DNA from: Chloroflexota bacterium
Lineage (GTDB): Bacteria > Chloroflexota > Dehalococcoidia > Lucifugimonadales > GCA-2712585
Assembly: GCA_027294635.1 (NCBI GenBank)
Contig: JAPULR010000207.1
Coordinates: 1 to 48,816 of the forward strand
DNA: 48,816 nt
Direction of reading: 5' to 3'
Positions 44,740 to 48,816 of the stretch are shown here, in pieces. How positions within the stretch are numbered: the first letter of the stretch is position 1; each line of letters begins with the position of its first letter. The notes beneath the pieces are model-generated. The model did not search any database. It saw only the letters and a list, made by a program, of their open reading frames with translations, and was not told the origin of the DNA. The position numbers and the translations under genes were made by a program.

Positions 44740-45156
44740 CTACTCTTTGGTCTCAACAGCCTCAACGGTTTCGGCGGTCTCAGGTTCCTGGGCTTCTTCT
44801 GCCTCGTTAGCATCAGGCTCCTTGGTCTCAACAGCCGCGGTGGGAGCCTCCTTGGGAACGGAGCTTTTTACCACCATGTGTCTGAGAACCCGCTCCGAAA
44901 GTCGTAGAGGCCTGTCAATTTCCCCTACCGTCGCTGGCTCGAGGTTGAATCGGAATAGATAGTAGATCCCTTCCAAATAGGTCTGGCCCGCTTTTTTAAT
45001 CGAATAGGCCAGTCTACGAGTACCCCACTCGTCCTCCGTAGTAATTTCTCCCCCGTTACTGGTTATCAGCTCCCGGACCTGCTCCCTGGCTTCGGCATTA
45101 TCTTCCTGGCTCAGGGCCGGGTTCAGCACCAGCATAAGTTCGTAGTCCTGTTTCAA
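44740..45156 (-). CDS. rpsF: 30S ribosomal protein S6
   Basis: 138 aa with YELMLVLNP...WGTRRLAY and an acidic C-terminal extension. TTG start with GGGGAG SD. Confidence 0.93.
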   Translation of the reverse strand: MKQDYELMLVLNPALSQEDNAEAREQVRELITSNGGEITTEDEWGTRRLAYSIKKAGQTYLEGIYYLFRFNLEPATVGEIDRPLRLSERVLRHMVVKSSVPKEAPTAAVETKEPDANEAEEAQEPETAETVEAVETKE

Positions 45157-45182
45157 TATTTTCTCCCCTTAAATCAAGGCCG

Positions 45183-45212
45183 ATTATAGCATCCACGTAC
45201 CTAGCTACTCAA
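45183..45212 (-). promoter_or_regulatory. Candidate rpsF-operon promoter (TTGAGT, 18 nt, TATAAT)
   Basis: On the minus strand, TTGAGT is at 45212..45207 and TATAAT at 45188..45183. It sits in the 61-nt gap between the glyA stop and the rpsF start. Confidence 0.45.
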
Positions 45213-45217
45213 CATTG

Positions 45218-46462
45218 CTAGCTGTCAATACCGGGAACCGGGAACTCGGCGGCCAGGGCCTCTGCCTCCTCTTTGATGGACCTTAATATCCTCTCATCGC
45301 CGTCACAGGTCAAAGCCCTGACAATCATTCCTCCCACCCTCTCCATTTCCTGGGGACCAAAGCCTCTGCTGGTTACCGCGGCGGAGCCCAGCCTAAGACC
45401 GCTGGCCACCCTGGGTGGCTCAGGATCATAAGGAATGGCGTTCTTATTTACTACTATGGACGCGCTCTCAAGGACCTCCTCCGCCTGATTTCCCTTTACT
45501 CCCAGAGGTCTCAGGTCCACCAGAATCAAATGGTTGTCGGTGCCCCCAGAAACGATGCGCAAACCTCCGGTGACCAAAGCTGTGGCCATAGCCCGTGCAT
45601 TCTCCACGACGCCCTTTGCGTAGTCGGCAAAGGAGGGTTCCAGGGCCTCCCCAAAACAGACGGCCTTGGCGGCGATTATGTGCATGAACGGGCCGCCTTG
45701 GCTGAAGGGGAAGACGGCCCGGTCCACCTTCCTGGCCAGATCCGAATCGCAGAGAATGAGGCCTCCCCTGGGGCCACGCAGGGTCTTTTGCGTCGTAGAC
45801 GTGACAATCTGGGCGTGGGGGAATGGCGAGGGGTGAACGTGACCAGCTATGAGACCCGCGATGTGGGCCATGTCCACCATCAAAAGGGCATCCACCTGGT
45901 CCGCAATATGGCGGAACCGCTCAAAGTCTATCAGCCGGGGATAAGCGGTATACCCTGCGACTATTAGCTTGGGTCTGTGTTCCTTGGCTAACCGTTCGAC
46001 TGTTTCGTAATCTATCGTCTCCGTCTCCCGGTCAACCTCATAGCCGACGAAGTTGTACAGCTTGCCCGAGAAGTTGACCGGGCTTCCATGAGTGAGGTGA
46101 CCGCCCTGGTCCAGTCGCAAGCCCATAACGGTATCGCCGATCTCCAGGAGCGCAAAGTAGGCCGCCATGTTGGCCTGAGCGCCACTGTGGGGCTGCACGT
46201 TGGCATGGTCGGCTCCAAAGAGGCGCTTGGCCCGTTCAATGGCAAGGTCTTCCACAACGTCAACGTTCTCGCAGCCACCGTAGTACCTCTTACCCGGGTA
46301 CCCCTCGGCGTACTTGTTGTTCATTACGGTGGCCTGGGCCTCCAGGACCGCCTTGCTGGCGTAGTTTTCTGACGCAATCAGGACGATGTTGGTTCGTTGA
46401 CGCTGGTTCTCCCTATCAATGGCCTGGGCCACCTCAGCATCCACACTTTGGATTCCCCTCAT
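45218..46462 (-). CDS. glyA: Serine hydroxymethyltransferase
   Basis: 414 aa with [18 protein letters not shown] and the PLP-lysine region [14 protein letters not shown]. Confidence 0.97.
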   Translation of the reverse strand: MRGIQSVDAEVAQAIDRENQRQRTNIVLIASENYASKAVLEAQATVMNNKYAEGYPGKRYYGGCENVDVVEDLAIERAKRLFGADHANVQPHSGAQANMAAYFALLEIGDTVMGLRLDQGGHLTHGSPVNFSGKLYNFVGYEVDRETETIDYETVERLAKEHRPKLIVAGYTAYPRLIDFERFRHIADQVDALLMVDMAHIAGLIAGHVHPSPFPHAQIVTSTTQKTLRGPRGGLILCDSDLARKVDRAVFPFSQGGPFMHIIAAKAVCFGEALEPSFADYAKGVVENARAMATALVTGGLRIVSGGTDNHLILVDLRPLGVKGNQAEEVLESASIVVNKNAIPYDPEPPRVASGLRLGSAAVTSRGFGPQEMERVGGMIVRALTCDGDERILRSIKEEAEALAAEFPVPGIDS

Positions 46463-46724
46463 AGCTCCTCTAGTTTTTGCCTCCCAAGGGCTAGACCCGG
46501 GCTGCCCAAAGAAACGTACGGTGTTTCCTGGGACTGTTAGCTAAATGTCCGCAAGTAAGTCTACGGCTCGCCCGGTTTAGCTGTCAACGAAGGTGACTTA
46601 TCTACCGGGGAATATAGCCGGATGGCGCAAAAGGCGCTCTTTCTTGACACCAATTTAGGCTGAGAGCATCATTGAAGCAACTTAGGCCAGTCTTGCCGCT
46701 AGTTAACGGGAGGTCACTACGACG

Positions 46725-48104
46725 GTGAAGCTTCGCCGCTGGACCTTAGCACGGGGATTCCTGCTTCTCCTGTTCTCGACAGTTTTCCTTCTGGGGCTGG
46801 TCGGACAGACCCTGGCCCAGGAGGGAGAAAAGACCGCCTTCGTGGCCGAGGTGGACGGCATCATCAACCCCGTATCCCAGCGCTTCATCACCCGCACTGT
46901 TGAGAAGGGTGAGAAGGAAGGCGCCCACGTCGTAATTATCCTTTTAGACACGCCGGGGGGGCTCCTCTCGTCTACGCGTAAGATCTTTGAATCTTTCCTC
47001 AACGCAGAGGTTCCCACCGTGGTCTTTGTGTCGCCCCGCGGGGCCCAGGCAGCCTCCGCTGGAACCTTCATCACCGCTGCGGCTAACTTTGCTGTGATGG
47101 CGCCAGGCACAAGCATAGGCGCCGCCACCCCCGTGGGGGGAGGCGGGCAGGACCTACCCGATACGCTCAAAGACAAGGTTACCAACGCCGCCGCCGCCGA
47201 CATGCGGGCTATAGCCGCGGAGCGGGGACGAAACGCCGACGAGTTGGAGAAGACGGTGCGTCAGGCCAAATCCTTCTCCGCCCAGGAGGCCGTCGACCTG
47301 AATGTGGTGGACTTCATTGCCCAAGACCTGGACGACCTGCTCCTCAAACTGGACGGAATGTCGGCGACCGTCGCAGGACAGGAGAGGGTGTTGGACACCC
47401 AGGACATAACCGTCCGAAGGCTAAACATGAGTCTCGTCGACCGTTTCCTATTCCTCATTGCCGACCCCAACATCTCCTTTATCCTGTTGTCCGTTGGCGG
47501 CCTGGCCATCGTCATTGAGGTCCTCAATCCGGGTCTAATCTTCCCCGGGCTTGTGGGAGTGATTTTCCTGGTGCTTGCCTTCGTAAGCCTGGGAAACCTG
47601 CCGGTCAACTGGGCGGGTGCGGCCCTCATCCTGTTTGCAGGGGCGCTAATCGTGGCCGAGTTCTACGTTGCCGGTTTCGGCATCCTTGGCGTTGGGGGCT
47701 TTATCAGCTTTATCATCGGCGCGTTGCTCCTCTTTTCTCATTTCGGGTCACCATCCCCCACCGAGCCGTCCATTGGAGTAAGCCTTTGGGTGCTGATACC
47801 CTTCGCCACAGCCATCGTTCTGAGCGGAGCATGGGTAATGTTTACGATATATCAGTCAAGGAAGCCCGCGCCAGAACGAAGCGTGTCCGGGTTGGTGGGA
47901 ATGACCGGGGTAGTGGTCGACGAGCTTGCACCAAGAGGAACCATTCGCCTACAGGGCGAGCTATGGACGGGCATAGTCGGGGGAGATGATCACGTAGCCT
48001 CAGGAGAACGGGTAACGGTACTGGCTGTAGAAGGAGTAATCCTCACAGTAGAGAGGCTGGAGGTCGCGCCCAAGTCAGAAGACAACCCCTCTTCGCCGCC
48101 TTAG
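46725..48104 (+). CDS. NfeD-family membrane-bound ClpP-class serine protease
   Basis: 459 aa with a signal/TM segment, a ClpP-like domain (LLDTPGGL...ASAGTFI), a multi-TM block and a C-terminal NfeD OB-fold (GTIRLQGELWTG). GTG start with GGGAGG SD. It is followed by an SPFH gene, the usual partner. Confidence 0.85.
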   Translation: MKLRRWTLARGFLLLLFSTVFLLGLVGQTLAQEGEKTAFVAEVDGIINPVSQRFITRTVEKGEKEGAHVVIILLDTPGGLLSSTRKIFESFLNAEVPTVVFVSPRGAQAASAGTFITAAANFAVMAPGTSIGAATPVGGGGQDLPDTLKDKVTNAAAADMRAIAAERGRNADELEKTVRQAKSFSAQEAVDLNVVDFIAQDLDDLLLKLDGMSATVAGQERVLDTQDITVRRLNMSLVDRFLFLIADPNISFILLSVGGLAIVIEVLNPGLIFPGLVGVIFLVLAFVSLGNLPVNWAGAALILFAGALIVAEFYVAGFGILGVGGFISFIIGALLLFSHFGSPSPTEPSIGVSLWVLIPFATAIVLSGAWVMFTIYQSRKPAPERSVSGLVGMTGVVVDELAPRGTIRLQGELWTGIVGGDDHVASGERVTVLAVEGVILTVERLEVAPKSEDNPSSPP

Positions 48105-48266
48105 CCACACATCCCTGTTAGAAACGAGTTGTGGACAGCGGAGGACGAAGGTGTTATGTTTACCCTCGACTTATCTGGAGCAGAGGGATTTAAGTAGCTG
48201 CAGGTAACGCATATCGCTGTTAGTACACATATCCAAACCCAATTCTAGTAAGCGACAGAGGAGGCA

Positions 48267-48816
48267 ATGATGGCGTCAGGAATCGTCATCGTAAACCAGT
48301 TCGAGAGGCTAGTGGTTCTCAAATGGGGCAAGTTCGTAGGGAGCAGGGCGCCAGGCTTCCATTTCCTTATGCCCATCATCTACTCTGGCCGTAAAATAGA
48401 CCTGCGAGAGCAGGTGGATCGAGTGCCAACGCAAAAATACATCACCAAAGACAACGTGGTAGTGGATATGGACTTCGTCCTCTACTATCGTGTGGTTGCA
48501 GACCAGGCGGAGAAGGCCATACTGGATGTAGTGGACCATAGGCTTGCGGTCCGAAGCCAGGCGGTGGCAGAGCTGAGGTCCATCATTGGGAACATCACCC
48601 TGGCTGAGGCACTAGCAGAGCGAGAGCGAATACAGGGTCAGTTGCAGGTGTCGCTGGATGAAAACACGGGACGATGGGGCGTCAAGGTACAGGGTGTCGC
48701 CATCAACGAAATCGACCCGCCAATGGGGGTCAAGAGTGCCATGGAGCGGGAGAAATCCGCCGCCGCCATCAAGACCGCAGATATCACCGAGTCCGAGGGG
48801 CAGCGCCAATCCGCGA
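48267..48816 (+). CDS. SPFH/band-7 (stomatin/slipin-like) protein, partial (runs off the window end)
   Basis: Absent from the ORF track because there is no stop in the window. ATG at 48267 with GAGGAGG SD. Translation MMASGIVIVNQFERLVVLKWGKFVGSRAPGFHFLMPII...ITKDNVVVDMDFVLYYRV...ALAERERI is a typical stomatin-type SPFH domain. Confidence 0.85.
   Translation, partial: MMASGIVIVNQFERLVVLKWGKFVGSRAPGFHFLMPIIYSGRKIDLREQVDRVPTQKYITKDNVVVDMDFVLYYRVVADQAEKAILDVVDHRLAVRSQAVAELRSIIGNITLAEALAERERIQGQLQVSLDENTGRWGVKVQGVAINEIDPPMGVKSAMEREKSAAAIKTADITESEGQRQSA

Noticed and set aside
46463-46724. A riboswitch (ZTP/pfl, THF or glycine type) in the 262-bp region upstream of glyA.
   Set aside because: The minus-strand leader contains ACCGGGCGAGCC and UUUGGGCAGCCCGGG. 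These only loosely recall the ZTP ACCGGG.GGA / CCGCCUGGGC elements, and GACUGGCG is absent. No glycine or THF consensus is seen. The region is more simply explained by divergent promoters, for example TTGACA-18-TAGACT on the minus strand.
1-48816. Search for CRISPR arrays, tRNA/rRNA/tmRNA genes, IS elements, integrases, prophage or defence-system genes.
   Set aside because: I found no direct-repeat arrays, cloverleaf-like intergenic sequences, or transposase/integrase/nuclease-type ORFs. Intergenic regions are short (mostly under 260 bp) and are explained by promoters or terminators.

Overview
A 48.8-kb, moderately GC-rich chromosomal segment that is almost entirely coding, with about 45 genes, mostly on the minus strand. 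Many are in tightly packed or overlapping operons with strong GGAGG-type Shine-Dalgarno (SD) sites. Most content is housekeeping: mutS, ftsY, rnc, cca, accC/accB, recO, recR, proBA, mfd, folE, thrC, hom, rpsF-ssb-rpsR, glyA and an nfeD/SPFH pair. The TIGR03662 (YYYxG) / TIGR03663 membrane-protein pair suggests a Chloroflexota-like (or archaeal-like) lineage; this is an inference. I saw no rRNA, tRNA, CRISPR array, transposase or integrase. The most notable result is two thiol-oxidoreductase-fold genes that the ORF track truncates. Each continues upstream through an in-frame TGA at the position of the family's active-site Cys or Ser, back to an ATG with a strong SD. Each also has a hairpin about 15 nt 3' of the TGA, so both are candidate selenoproteins: one ArsC/Spx-like with motif U-S-A-C, one cytoplasmic DsbA-like with U-P-Y-V. 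Other points worth a second look: a four-gene envelope operon of unknown function (YYY protein, TIGR03663 GT-C-like protein, UPF0104, FAD oxidoreductase); a stand-alone NuoE/F/G-like module whose molybdopterin subunit lacks the Cys/Sec and His catalytic residues and which is followed by an Fpr-type NADP reductase; and a cluster resembling mycothiol-type biosynthesis (MshA-like GT4, PIG-L deacetylase, tandem-GNAT MshD-like protein) next to a CelD/FemAB-like acyltransferase and a DUF502 protein. All family assignments come from motif recognition by eye; no searches were run.
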